From Lytechinus pictus (Eukaryota): a stretch of DNA of 64,000 bases. The notes beneath the pieces were generated by a model, which made no database searches, was not told the origin of the DNA, and saw nothing but the letters and a program-made list of their open reading frames with translations. The position numbers and the translations under genes were made by a program. Below, piece by piece: positions 12,582 to 26,689 of the stretch (the stretch's first letter is position 1; each line of letters starts with the position of its first letter). Location: NCBI RefSeq assembly GCF_037042905.1, contig NC_087260.1, positions 7,750,001 to 7,814,000 of the forward strand. Direction: 5' to 3'.

Positions 12582-15500
12582 TAGAGTTTTTTTGAGTAGT
12601 GAGAAAAAAGTGAAACGTCAAAGTGAGGTAGAAAAAAGAAAAGAGAACAGTAGGAAAAGAGGGGTCTGAAGCGAAAATGACCTTTTTGATGAAAACGCCA
12701 TTTCGGCTAAAACAAGTGTAAGAACTTTATAACCCCTGTGATTCAACTGAAAAAAATGACGTCACTTTTATCACGTCTTTTCCTCTATCAGAAAACCTTG
12801 GTGCCTCCATTGCTGGTATTCGTGAAGTTAGAAGAAGAAAAAAAATCAAGAACAAATACAAACAGGCGACGAAATGAGCACTGTTTACTTCTGATAAAGA
12901 ATATTTTTTTACGAATCCACGTTCAAATATTAAAATCTTCACCTTTCTTATGAAACTAATCAAATTTTAGCACATATTTTAAAATCAAAGTTCCATGGAA
13001 TAGGGTTCATAATAATGATAATAAACACAGCATTTATTATGCGCCATCTATCTTGTAAACTATTCCGTGGCGCAGAGGGATTACGGTAAACAAAAAAAAT
13101 GTTTGCTTTGAACAAAAGTAAGAAGAAAACAGAAAGGATTTTAAATAATGTTTTTAAACATTTTTTTGTTGGGTTGCCAAAGAGTAAGGAGCAGGGCATC
13201 ATTGGGCTTGAAGGAAGTAGAGTTATGACTTTTACAGTGTACAATCACTGTTAATTGCCTATTTTGGTAATTTGGATACATTACTTTGAAATTTGCCACA
13301 CCAAATCACATCTTTAAAAAAGCGCCCCCTAGCCAACGCAAAAAATGAATATATCTGGAATTCCTTCTCGTCTGCTGGAAGCATGTAGAGATCATACCAA
13401 GGCCATACACCAGCATCGCATGCCTGTCATTGCACATAAAACTGGTTCCTATATCAACCACAGCGCACGTCGTCAGCTGCTAATATACAGGAATAAATAT
13501 ACCAAGTATAATATACCATGCACCCGGTTTGAAGATATATTATCCACGCACGTTATGATATTATGGGTTGATAAAGAAAGAGAAAAACAGATAGATGAAC
13601 ATAAAGAGAGAGGGAGAGAGAGGGGGGAGGGGGGATTAGGCACTTATTATTTTGTGCATTAATTTAATTTGTTACTTCATTCACTCTTTCATTTATCGTT
13701 TCATTTAAAATAAGAGAAAACTGTTAAAAGTAGTCGAATTAATTTCTTATTAAAATTTAGGAGTAGTATCATAACCAGTCCCCCCCCCAAAAAAAAAGGG
13801 CACAAGAAAAGACATGTGATAATTTTTTTTTACAAAGTTGCAACCGAGCGAAGAGAGTAAGCAAAAACTTTGGCTTTATTTAAAAAAAAAATCTGTCATA
13901 GATTCTGACAAAATGTTCAAGAAAGTACCACCTTTCCATTTTCTCCTTCCTATTTCTTTCTTGTTCATGGAAGATTTTTGGAGGATTTCTGTTTCTGATC
14001 TTGTCTCGAAAATTAACATGGATTTTAGATTTTTGTGATATTTTTGACAGTGTTAAAGAGTACTGCTCACTTGCGGATATAGTTATGGATAAGCTTTGAG
14101 ACGACAATCCACATTGAACATTGCTGCGTCTCTGTGTACAGCACAATAGCCTGGTATTTTGAACTGGTATTTTGGACAGAGGTTAATCGGTTATTAGACG
14201 AGTTATGTGTGCAAGCCTACGTATGGAGAGAGGACCATTATATCCCCTGACGAAAATAGATCTCGAGAATAAAATGTCTATTTGATGAGCACCATGGGTT
14301 GTCTAAAACGATTGACATTGTGGGCCTACATGCATTTCAGTTATCGGAGAGAGGCTTTGCATTGAACATCATTGTGACATATTTATGGTAAGCATGCTAC
14401 ACACAAAGAAATTATGATTCAAATTTGCACCCTTAACACAAACTGGCAGTACCTATAGGGATGCAATCTTGTAAGCGGTGTATAATTTTCATTCAATTTT
14501 TTTTACACCCTGTTAGGGTGTATAATATTTTACGTTAAAAAATAGGTTCAAATTTGGACTTCATTACAGATGAAAATAACACTTCTTACACAAAAGATAA
14601 TTGCCTAACTATTGAAATTGGACCCGTCTACCCTATTCACACTGTGTAGCAAGATGCATCGACGACCCCTGATGAGATTCAATTAAAAAAATACATCTCG
14701 AATCACGATAGAGGTCAACGCACTTGACGGCCATCGATTGACATTTCAGTTATGTCTTGTTATCACGTATGAGAAATCAAATACGATCCTTTAATCATGA
14801 ATGTATAAACATAATACATCAAACCATTAACGATAGAATATAAACATATTGCGAGCAATTTACAACACCAGGCATTTTCCATCATCTATGTAACATTGTA
14901 GATTTACATCTCTTAAATTCTGTCAAGGATTTGGCATTTAAGAAGGATTTGGCATTTATACCGTATATTAATTTATTTTATTTCAATAATTTTATTTTGT
15001 TAACTTCATTTCACAAATTTATTTATTTCATTCTATTATCTTATGTTTAGTTTTATTTCGTTGATTTTAATATGATATATTAATGCAATGTTCTATTATT
15101 ATCAATTTATTGGTGATTCATTTTTATTTTGAATATTTAATCATTGAGAGATTTAAGTATTACGTTTACTACTATATTATTTTTTTGTTTTAAATATTAT
15201 TATTTTTATTATGCCAGGGAGTGGAGATGGGGCCATTTATGTGTGGAACAATGATGGATCCTTTGACCGGGGTAATAATAATTACAATGTAAAGCGTTTT
15301 GAAACCAAAGTATAGATAGCTATATAAATGCAATATTATTATTATTTATTTATTTATTTATCTATTCATTTATTTATTTGTTATTATTAATATTATTATT
15401 ATTATTTATTTATTTATCTATTATTATGAATATTATTCATTTATTTATTTCATGAGTATTTTTTTTTTTGAGGGGGGAGGGGGGGGGGGGGTAAGCTGTT

Positions 15501-17860
15501 CCCCTAACGCCAGTGTTTATCATGATTCATTACCGTCAGGAAGTATCTTCACCAGATGTGAATCTGAGGCAAGTGACCTTGGTTGTAATGAGAGTATGAG
15601 TCATGTTGTTTAGGTAGAATGATCAGGAGATGATCTCATACTCATCTAAAGTTTCTCCTCGCCCCATCGCCATTGGAAGTTTTCATCTGCCCAGTCGGTG
15701 TATTGATGTATTCAAAAGAGTTCCGAAACGACTGCATCCTTTAAACTCTGCAGGATTTCTTTTTAGAGTATCATGCAAACTTCCAGGACTTATTTTGTCA
15801 ATGTTCTGAATTTTTGTTCTAACGAAATCATACCCAAATCTGTTTTCAATGTACATGCAAGTATTAGATGAAGTTGGAAGGTGACACAAGTCTTCAAAGA
15901 TTGAGATATTTGATTAATAATCATTTTTGCTGTTCATAACCCCTTCCAAAACAAACCCAAAACGCGATTTATCCAACCATCTTCAAATACCATGAATATA
16001 TTCAATTTTCATGAACAGAATCGAAGGGAAACAAGTCGCATACAACCCATGGCCCTGGGAAGCGGGAGGGTGCAAAGAGCACCCCAACATTTTTATGGGG
16101 GAGGGGTGTTGCGTGTGTTATTCTCCATACCCCTTTGAATTCTGGTAGTTGTGGGAATTGGAAAATTGTTCAGAAAAATGTCTTGAAACCCCCCTTTTTT
16201 GCTTGTCAAATTTCTCTGGACCAAAGTGGCCTCCGTTTTGTAGTGATACCTTTTTTGCTTGATAAATTTACTTTAGCACCCCCTGTAAAAAAATCATTTC
16301 CAGGGCCCTTATACAACCTTGTGTTTTAGAACGTACGGGTAATTAAACTCAGTGATCATGTTTTCAAAAGGTGTATGTCGTATAGATGCTCTAGGTATCT
16401 TTATCAGACATACATTTGTTTAAATCTCTACTATTTCAAGTTTAATGATTAATATGGCAAGGGAAAAATTAGCAATAATGACAATAGCGTAGATTTGTAG
16501 AACGCATGATACTTTAAAAACGTCAAGGGCGCTAGCCCATCAACAGTTCTCTTGTAATAGACTAACAATTCTACACATTAATCTCAAACTCTTACAGTAT
16601 TCAAAAGTTACAAACATTTGCTAGTAACTAGGAACGATTTGTACCCCTCGTTCATAGCTATATCTTGATGGGGGCGTGGTGCCCTCCTGCTTCGTTCACC
16701 AACAATTCAAGGGACAACTTCGGTCATCCCACCGCTGATAGTGAGCTCTTCCACATAATGATCATTGTCCTCAACATGTTCAGTGGCTGAATAGGCCAAA
16801 AATTGAAGAACCAATTAAACACGGTGTATGAGTCAAAGAAGCAAGCAAAGCAAAAAATCTTGAATTTTTTTAAAACGAAAAGTTAATTTTGTGATAGATG
16901 TGACAATATATTTAGAAAGCAGTTTCACATTTCAATATTTTTCCTTTCATTTTTTTCTTGGTTGTGATTTTTTTCCCGGGGGGGGGGGGGGGGGCATTGC
17001 CCCAATCTTTATCAGTGCGCAATTGATTGTCTCTCCCCTCCATAGCCACTTCAGATGCCTCTTATAAAGTGATCCATCTCAAATGACTGTGGTCTGTCTA
17101 TATCGTGTAATTGAGTTCTGAGGCACCAAATATCTTTCCGGAACTCTAGGGCAATGCTTGGAATCTAAAGTCGCCAAAGGTGCATCTCATGTGATTTCAC
17201 TTTGAAAGAAGTGCTGATGTGACTGGAAATAGATTTTGTAATTAAAATAAATGAAGGAATAAATTAAATCACCGCAATGATGAACGAATAGAAAAGAAAA
17301 TATAAGGGTTTCTTTGTTTTGTTTTTTCTACTGTTTTGGAAAAAACTGAAGATGAATTTAGTACTAAAATAAAAATACAATACTTTAACTAGTAATAAAA
17401 AAGAAAACATTATTGATTTTTCTATCTAAAGGGAAACTTCACCCTTGCATCAAGTCGATTTTTTATTAAGAAAAATAGTAAAAATACTCCACACATTTAC
17501 GAAATCTTAGTGAAAGTCCATCATATGATAAAAAAATTACATTAGTATCATTGAACTGGAATCACTTCAGTTATCCGACAGAATGGAATTTACATCACAT
17601 GATGAGCGGAAAGATATTCACAAGGTGCGTCACAGAATTAAGACTTTATGTAAAATCAAAACTCTGAGATGGAGCTTCGCTAAATCTTTACTCATGCATG
17701 CCTTTTATTTTTTCCCGCATTTGATAACGCAATTTCGATATCAGGGTCGAGCTTCCCTTTAAAACGCATTTGTCCAATCATCTCCTTACTGTGTTTCCCC
17801 ACATGCTTTCTCCATCGCCAGGTATACTCACCAATCATCTGACCACAATCCAAGTATAGC

Positions 17861-20800
17861 ATGGCAAGTAGTGTAGTACGGGCCGAAGACATCGACCGTG
17901 AGTTCCTTCAGTGTCCATTGTGCATTGACCGTCTCCAGAAACCAAAGGTTCTTCCCTGTCAACACACCTTCTGCGTCGGATGTCTTGAGCTCTGGGTGGC
18001 CAAGAACAATGACCAACTATCCTGCCCAGTCTGCCGCAACGAGTACGAGCTTCCCCAAGGCGGCGTCCACTCTCTCCCCGATAACTTCTTTGTCAACAGC
18101 ATCATCGACTTCATTGGCCGGAAACGACAGGCGTCGGCCACCGCCCTGACGTGCCATGGTTGCGAGAATGAAGCATCGCATTACTGTACAGACTGCGAGG
18201 AAGAGCTGTGTTTTGACTGTGCAGGAGCCCATCGTCGTCTACGTATGACAAAGAACCACAAGTTGACAACGCTGGACGAACACCAGGTAAGAATGTTGAT
18301 GACACCTCGTAAGATGATGTTTGAAAGTCTGAAGGTTTCCATGATGATATCCGGGATGATATGTAAAATAGCGGGAAAATGTTGACAGTACATCATTTAG
18401 TGAGTCCTAGATGAAAATAGAATAGACTCTGATAGAGATAGAAGTGGAAGACGAGAAAGTGGAAGCTAGGTTGGAAGGGAGGGTATTCTTTTTATTAAAT
18501 GAGTGTAGTCCTTAACCAGAAAAGGTGAGAGGCTTGGGTGTTTGGGCAGATGAGAGAAGGCTAGCTTGAGTCAGCCAGTGGAAGAGAGAAGTCTCGACCT
18601 TTCGTGCAAGTTGACTGTCCATTTTCACTTTCACGCATCTCCATTCATTTACCTCTACTCACCTTTTTTGTCGATATTGGACCTACCAAAATGCATATGT
18701 TTCCAGCAACATCTGGTTAATAGAGATTTTACAATGGGTTCCACTGCAGTTGGTAGTATGAACCAGGTTATTCGACACCACATTATTTCTTCACGGTGAT
18801 ATAAAGATACTAGTAAACAAATATTAAACGTGAAATAGATTCCTTTGATAACATTGACAGGCATATGTATTTAATAAGACAATCAATTATAGTTAAAACA
18901 AGTTAGAACCCCCTCCAATTTTAAGAGATAGGCTTTGTACTTCTTTACAATGAATAAATGATAAACGATTGCAAATATACCGCAAATAATAAAAAGAGAA
19001 TTCTTAGAAACCAATTATAAAATGAGTATTATTTGGTCTGTCCTGCAGTCGAGCGGTATGCGAGTCGATTGTGACTTCGCCAAGCAGGATGACAAGATGT
19101 GTCGGAGTCATCGGGGATATCTCCTAGAGCTTTTCTGCCATTCATGTGACATTCCCATTTGTCGTCTTTGTGTGCTTAAGGACCACCCGCCAACGCAACA
19201 CGTCCATGCTACGCTGCAGGAGACAGCGACAAGTCGTCGGAAGACCCTTGGCACCCTCGCAGCTACGGCCAAAGAAAAGGTGTCCGGTCTCAGAGACTCG
19301 GTCACCATTCTCAAGGTAGAATTTTATAGATAAATTAAAGGTTTGCTCGATGATGAAACTAGGTAACGATGTTTTCGTTTGCACCATGTAAGGGAAATAG
19401 TCATGAAAAGCATTGTACTGAGAAGACTGTTGGGTATCTTTCGGATAATAGTTCTTTAAACGACAGTTTGTCTCGACGTTTCGAACAAGTGCGCTCTTCA
19501 CCAGGAGTGAAGACGATTTTTTGTCAGGAAAGGCCACAAGATGTTTTTTTTTCGACCATACCTATACCAGTCCAAATGACTTTTCCTACTCGGTTGACAC
19601 AGGTGCTCTTATAGGATTTCTAGTAAAAATATTTTCCAGATACCGCCTTATCAATTATGGCATAAGGTTAATGTCTGCATCAATAAGCAAAGTTCATTCT
19701 ATTTTCATTCTTTGAATTCTTTCACATTGATTGTACCTGGTACTGTTGATAGTTGTTAACCTTTTGTTGTGACTTTTCAGTTTTCAGAATTTTTAATCTA
19801 AAAAAAAAAGAACATGCCTGTTTTGCTACCAAATTCTGTGAATTTTACCCAGTGTTTTGTGGAAAGTTACCCATAAAATGTATTTTGCCCAATAATGAAC
19901 CAAACCTTACCCAACAAACATTAATGCTTCTCCCTACCCAATATCGGCTAAATCTTTACTCAATCGTTGCATTGCAGGAGACACAACGTCGTCTCAAGAT
20001 GAACAGAGATCGTATCGACGTCCAGATCAAACAGAGGAAACAGAAGATGATCGAAATGATTGAACTTTTCGAACAAGAAGCCGGTGCTGAACTTGGCGAA
20101 GAATTCTCATCCAGAGATGCGAAACTAGAGGAAGAGATTGAGACGAAGCAGCGATTATTAGACAAGACTGTCAGTGTCTGCAACGTCCTAGAGAACCTTC
20201 ATGGCGAAGGAGATGATCATGCATTGCTGTATATTAGTCGGGATACTACCTGGAAGCTGGAAGAATCCATTAACTTTACCGCCGGTGTCGAGACCGAGGA
20301 TAACGGTTATATCGGATTTAATGTGGGCGAGGATAGTTACGACCGTGCGGCGGCGTTCGGACAAGTACAGAGCCCAACCATGACCTCGACGTCGCATATC
20401 GCAATCGGACTTCAGCCGTCGTGTCCGCCCGTCATCTCAGCTGGTGAAGACGTGTGTCTTACAGTGACCACACGTAATGCTGGAGGACAGCGGGTAAGAA
20501 CGGGTGGGGCTCCTGTGACGGCCAAGCTCTGTTCGCCGGCTGGTGAGGTGGGCATTGCTAGGGTACGTGACCGCATGGATGGCAACTATGATATTACATT
20601 TAGACCAAACTGCGCGGGAAAACATCGACTCCTCGTCTCTGTCTTCGGAAAACAGATCGGAGAGAGCCCTCTTGAGTTTGAAGTCATGCAACCAGAAAGA
20701 CAGGTGATACTGCTCTTACCATTACAAATATATTATTTAAAACAGTCCTAAAATTCGATGTGTGTTGTATTTAATATTGTTTATATGGATATAAAAAGCA

Positions 20801-23800
20801 CCCTGGAAAAATATTAAATTCATGGAGACATTTTCAACATGAATTATCTGTGACTTAAAAAAAAACATTGATTGATTTATCTCTGTTTTGGAGTCCAATT
20901 GTCGCATATGTAACTTAGCTTGTGGAAAGATATTTTGATGGCGGTGTTTCTCGCTACTGCATTGTCATTCGTTTTCTTAAAGCACCAAGCAATGATTTTC
21001 GAGTGAAATTTTTTTAATTGTTTTAGTCTTTACAACAAAGATGACAAATGAAACATTGCACCTCAGACTTTTTCCAAGGTTAACATTTACGTTGAAGTCA
21101 ATTTTAGGAACTTGAGCATGAGTTAATGTATGGAAGCTATAGGTTGTGTAATCAAGTGCTCTGACAACGATGTGTATGCAGTAAGGGCGATAGACATGAA
21201 ATGGTAGTTACTGAGATCTTTCTATCACTCAATCAACTGATTCACTCCCTATCATGTAGTGTCTATAGAACATTCAACACCCCCTTAAAGTATTTTAAGT
21301 AGAATAACACGATATGACGATATACTGTTACTATCTACTTATCTATGAATTTTCATTCTCACCCTTTTATTATTATCATAGACATTAAAACCTTATGTTG
21401 AGCGTTGTTATATACATTTTCATTCTCAATTCTTTTTTTTTTCTTTACGTTTCCTTGCTTACCTATGTTTTTCTACCCTGGTGTCTTCGGTTATTATTGA
21501 GCACTTTTAGAAACGTACGTCGACATAGACTACTGGTACTAGATGACGTCATTTTTTGGCCTGCCATATGCCTCAGGTCCTTACACACGTCGACTATCAG
21601 AATCGAGAACCTCGCACATCCATTCTGCGGTTCTCCTAAATCATAGTCGACGTGCACGTGAGTGACGTCATATCATATCGTCGCCTTCCACATGTCATCT
21701 CTTTTTGTTTTACGTCTTTGTTTGAGCCTCCCTCGTGCGTGTGTGTATGTGTGTTGGCTCAGTTGGTAGAGCGTTTGCCTACACTGTGACAACCTGGTCT
21801 ACCTGAGTTAAATCCCTGCCCGCGATAGACGCTGGCTTAGGTGTTGCAAGAAAATATTTGCAATCAATCACAAATATTCTGTTGCAATTTTACAGTTGAT
21901 TGGTCACTTTTAACTTAAGCAAATCAGATTACACTCCTTGTTTCATGGAGCAGATTAGCAATCAATCGAAAATTTGAAATTAATTGCAAGGCATATACTT
22001 GATTTCGGGAACGAAAATAGACTTGCAATTGATCGCAAGTTTCTTGCAACGCCCAATTAGTGTTCAACGATTTCAGTGTTAGAGCCACGTCGACCTTGCG
22101 CTGCTTAGTGGTTGCCAGGCCCACGATCAATTGGGCAAATGGATTTTCAACACATTTCTTTTTTTAGAAACAATGCGTATTGAGCATGTTGAGCGCTTTA
22201 ATGTTGTATATTTGTTATTATTATCATAATTGCAAATTTCCACTTCGAACAATAAAATATGGACAATTATTCATTTCCTTTTACTTTCCTTTTTGATCAT
22301 CTTCTTTCATACAGGTAATCACTTTCGGAAATCTCACAACGTCAGGCGTGAATCCCTACATGGCCGATGCTAGGTTACGTGAGCCGTGGGGCGTTACGGT
22401 CTCGGATCGAACTGGTCTTATCTACGTAGCCGACACCGGTAACAGTTGTATCCGAGTTTTCGACATCGACGGTAACGCGAAGGGACAGATAGGTTTCCCG
22501 AACTTTGCCCAGCGATTTGAGCCGGTCGATCTGACTCTAAACAACGATGACAATTTGGTTATCACTGACCACAGAAATCAACAGGCAAGTGCTAATTCCC
22601 AGACTATGTCTGGTCTTGGGATAATTATTGGGCCCAGACTTTCACTTCAAACATGTTTAATACTTATAAATAATCTTTTTATAAAGGAAGAGAAAGCTAT
22701 TATATGAAACGTGATGGTGATATGATCATGAATAAGGGTGGTAGTTATTTTCATGGGCGGAACCAGGATTTTCTCAATTGAGGGGGGGCACATATTTTCC
22801 CGAGGAAAATTTGACAAGCACAAAAAAAAGAAAGAAAGAAAAATAAAGGCCCTCGCTTTCAAAAAGCTGCGTATGTACATTACCTATTTTGATTATGTCT
22901 GGGGGGGGGGGGGGTGGATGTGCACATCCACCCCCCGATCCACCAGTAGTTATTTTCACCTACCTGATAAGTAAGCACGAATGCTCGAGCAACCAGAGGA
23001 CCGATAGCCTAATGCCTTACCGAAATGCATAAGTGCTCTGATTCGGGTTTAAGCCGTGGAAGCTGGATTGCGAGACCGCCGATAAATCATTGATCACCCT
23101 GACATCTGCCATTCTCCATTATGCCTGATTTTATAACGGAACATCAAAGATGTAAGAATTAACAGTCTTTGATTTTCCACTTTTCTTGACAGGTTCTAGT
23201 ATGCAGCCAGGACGGGACGTTGACTCGAGTCTTCGGTGCGGCTGAACTCCGGCGACCTTGCGGCGTCGCGGTCAACAGCCTCGGCTACGTATACGTCACG
23301 GACCATGAATCGCATTGTGTGCGCGTCTATGACCCTGATGGGCTGCACATGCGTGATATGGGAGCATATGGAAACACACTGGGGTATTTCAGAGGTCCCA
23401 TCTCTGCGGCAGTTAATAGCAAGGACGAATTGATTGTGTCCGATCGTGACAACCACCGACTTCAGGTGAGAATTAATGCAGACCAGGGGCCCGTTTCATA
23501 AAGGACTTGCAACTACCATGGTAACAGGGCTCAGCAGCCAATCAAAATCAAGGTTGCCATGGTAGTTGACATAATGGCAAAGTTTTATGAAACGAGCCCC
23601 AGGGTCCGTTTCGTTGTAAATTTGCCATTGTAGCAAAACACCTATCTAAAAAGAAGTCAGCAGCCAATTACAATCAAGGTATCAATATAACGTAGCCTAC
23701 AATAATGTCAGATTCACATCATTGTATGTCTTTAGAAAACGGAGCCTAGGTGTATGTTTCACAAATAATCACAAAAATTGTAAATTTGTCATAATAACAA

Positions 23801-24673
23801 CAAGCGGGTGACCATGGTAACATGGCTCAGTTGCCAATGACAACCAAGGTTCCAAAGGAAGTTGTGATAATGGCAAATTTACCTTAGTTGTTATCCATTG
23901 TGAAATGGGGCTCAGTTGTCTGTTTCATATATAGAAGGTACAATTATGGTAACTCTGCTGTTATGGCAACTAGGCCTACTATGGTAACTGGGCTCACCAG
24001 CCAATCACAGTAAAGCATTATATGGTTGGTACAACAATGATCAAAGTTACGAAAGTAAGTCTTAATGAAAGGGACCCAAGTTTGATATCTGCTAACATTC
24101 TTCTTCCTTTGCCCATTCCAACTACGAATGTACTCGTTTCTCCCCAATTTATCTTTCTTTGTAATAATTTATCTTGGTCCTTTCCTCTCCCCTTTTACTT
24201 TTCTCCATCGTCCAACTATTTTTATCCTCATTTTACAAACAGCCATTGTAGCTGTCATTCTCAAGTCATTTTCCCCCCTATTTCTCTCTTTGGTCCATTT
24301 TTTCTTAAACTTTCGAGTCTCTGCTCGAAGTCTAATATGACATTTTGTTTCTTTGCATCTTTTGAAATTATTACAAACCAATTCTAAGGTCTTCGATACG
24401 GATGGCGAGTACCTTCTCGAAGTGACACCATCAGGCGAGGGAGAAGACGAATTCAAATATCCGACGGGCGTCGCGACCGACCTCAACGACAACATCTACG
24501 TCTGCAACGACTGGAACGGCCGTGTGCTCAAGTTCTCGCCAGACGGGACCTTCATAAAACGCGTGGACGGCGACGAGGACGGTCTCCGTTACCCGAACGG
24601 CATTGCGGTCACGGATGATGGCAAAGTAGTGGTCGTTGATTACGGCAATGATTGCGTCAAGGTCTTTGCATAA
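17861..24673 (+). CDS. TRIM-NHL E3 ubiquitin ligase (class C-VII; TRIM2/3/TRIM71-like), 748 aa
   Basis: Exons 17861-18286, 19049-19315, 19978-20703, 22315-22584, 23193-23465, 24389-24673 (TAA); all introns phase 0, intron 4 is GC-AG. RING (CPLC...CQHTFCVGC...CPVC), B-box1 (CHGC...CTDC...CFDCAGAH...H), B-box2 (CRSH...CHSC...CRLC...H), coiled coil, filamin repeat (VRDRMDGNYDITFRPNCAGKHRLLVSVFGKQIGESP), six NHL repeats (e.g. PWGVTV...IYVADTGNSCIRVF). Exact orthologue not resolvable by eye. Confidence 0.95.
21840..22055. mobile_element. MITE in TRIM intron 3, preceded by a tRNA-like SINE head at ~21752-21825
   Basis: ggtgttgcaagaaa ... tttcttgcaacgcc inverted termini; upstream TGGCTCAGTTGGTAGAGCG A box. 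Confidence 0.6.
22752..22948. mobile_element. hAT-type MITE in the GC-AG intron
   Basis: catgggcggaacc ... gatccaccagta with 8-bp TSD GTTATTTT on both sides. Confidence 0.7.
23485..24080. mobile_element. Stack of four related MITEs (GGGCCCGTTTCATAAAG-type termini)
   Basis: Abutting units ~23487-23600, 23602-23749, 23750-23915, 23916-24080 sharing a ccatggtaac...cagccaatc core; family also at ~6820-6975, 47852-48010, 56427-56577. Confidence 0.7.
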
Positions 24674-26689
24674 AAGAAAGTGATAAAATTGCCTCTAGGA
24701 CATATGTACATGCACGAAGCCCTGTCTATTTATTCCAAAGAATCGCAATGTATCGCACGCAATTTAGTAAGCTTTTTCGTCCTTGTGCACCAATTTCGCT
24801 TGCAATACCAACGCAATTTTCATTACGTCTATAGATGTCTACATTACCTGCAAGACTGTCCAAATGCTCACCTCTCGAAGCACAGATCTTTGAGAATTGA
24901 GGGACGCGTTGCTTCTCTATTTAGGGACTAATGACGACATCATATAGGTCAATGTTTATAACTTTAGTGTTTACTTGAAAGAAATAGGAACAGAGTTCTT
25001 TCCTCAGTCGAACTCCTGCATACGTTGCTTACGAATGTCACTGAAGCGGAATCAGGACAGATTTATTCTACCCCACAGTTAATCACATGGAATTTTGAAA
25101 ATCAATTAATTTCACGCAGATTCATTCTATACAGATAATCACTGATATTCAATATCGTATTATCGTATGTGATTGTGTGATTAGGTGATCTTCTACCAAA
25201 GGCAAATCTTGTCAATTTTCTTCAAAGGCAGCTGATGAAATTGATGATTAGTCTGAGTTTTTTGACAGCTCGGAATCATAGGCCAACATTACAAAGGTCT
25301 CATTGATGAAATATTAAACTTTTATTCATGTCGTATTTAATATTCTTCATTAGGAAGAAACTCACCCAGTAAGAAAAGAAAAATCAAATTCGTGCAGACA
25401 CTGTTAAGATATCTGTGACTGGAAATCATCATTTACTAAATCTCCTTGGAGATTAAAGCATAGTAGGCTAACATTGATATGGCTTTTATAATTCTGAGCT
25501 GCAAGGTTCAACTTTTTACAAAAGTCTGTGATATCTTACAAAAATGAATCCCAGAAAAAAAAATTGCGTTCGAAAATAATCATTCAGTGCTTCAAAAAAG
25601 TGAAATATAGTGACCGAAAGTACCATACAAATTTAATCGCATACACTATATGTACTTTTCTTAGTTCTAAAACATGTGCTCATACACATGTTTCTTCTTG
25701 GTTGGAGAATTTTTTTTTTAATCGGCATTCCACAAACCTTTTAAGATCAGTGGCGTATAGATGGGGGGGGGGCCTTCGGCGCTTGCCCCCCCCCCCCCAA
25801 AAAAAAAAAAATAAGAAGGACCAAGAAAAAGAAAAGGAAAAGAGAGAATGGTGACATATGATATATCTCATCCTGAATATTATGTCAAATTCTATCACAA
25901 AATTTGATTTTTGTAATAAAAATACCTAAATTTTTTATCGCTCACGACTTTTTTTTTTAAATAACTGCCCGATACATCATATCTGGGCCCCCTCAAAATG
26001 TTGATTTTTGGGGCGCGATTTTTCTGGGTTTAATTTATATCACATACTACAACCACAGGTGAACCTATAGGTCAATTCTTTAAAATTCAAATCAATGTCA
26101 ACCTTTTTTTTCATTGAATATGATTATTGCCTTGATTTCGATTAATTACAAGATGGCGAATAATAATAATTGAGGACCGTTAAATACATAAAAGTATGAT
26201 GGGTAGAATACGAAGTCGGTATTTATTGAGAAAGATTTGTATATTTGATTAAATCGTCATGTATTATTTACTCCATTTAGACATATCTTGTTTTGATGGA
26301 GACAAGAATTAATTTGAGAGCTATTCAATATATTGTTCACACCCCACTTCTGCATTAGACAAAATAGAATTGCTATTGAACTTAAAGAAAACAAAAGACT
26401 TGGCGCTTTCTTGTATTTGTAAGATTTTTTCTTTTCGTATTCATAATTAACAATGGATTGGTTTCGCTTGTATTCGTATTTTCGTCGAGAAAGTAATAAA
26501 ATAATGAAATATGTATTATCAATTCTTCTCCTGCGATGCCTTGGCATTATCAAATTACCATCATTTGTTATTTTAGGGCATAATGATTTTAATCTAGGAG
26601 TCAGTCTACTTAGTATGGAAATGGTCATCATCAATAACAACAGTATTTTCATGATAACAATGATGATGATCATCTTCATCACCCCCTAC

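Noticed and set aside
15683-15889. 68-aa minus-strand ORF
   Set aside because: No recognisable motif and no convincing splice sites; lies in the presumed TRIM 5' intron.
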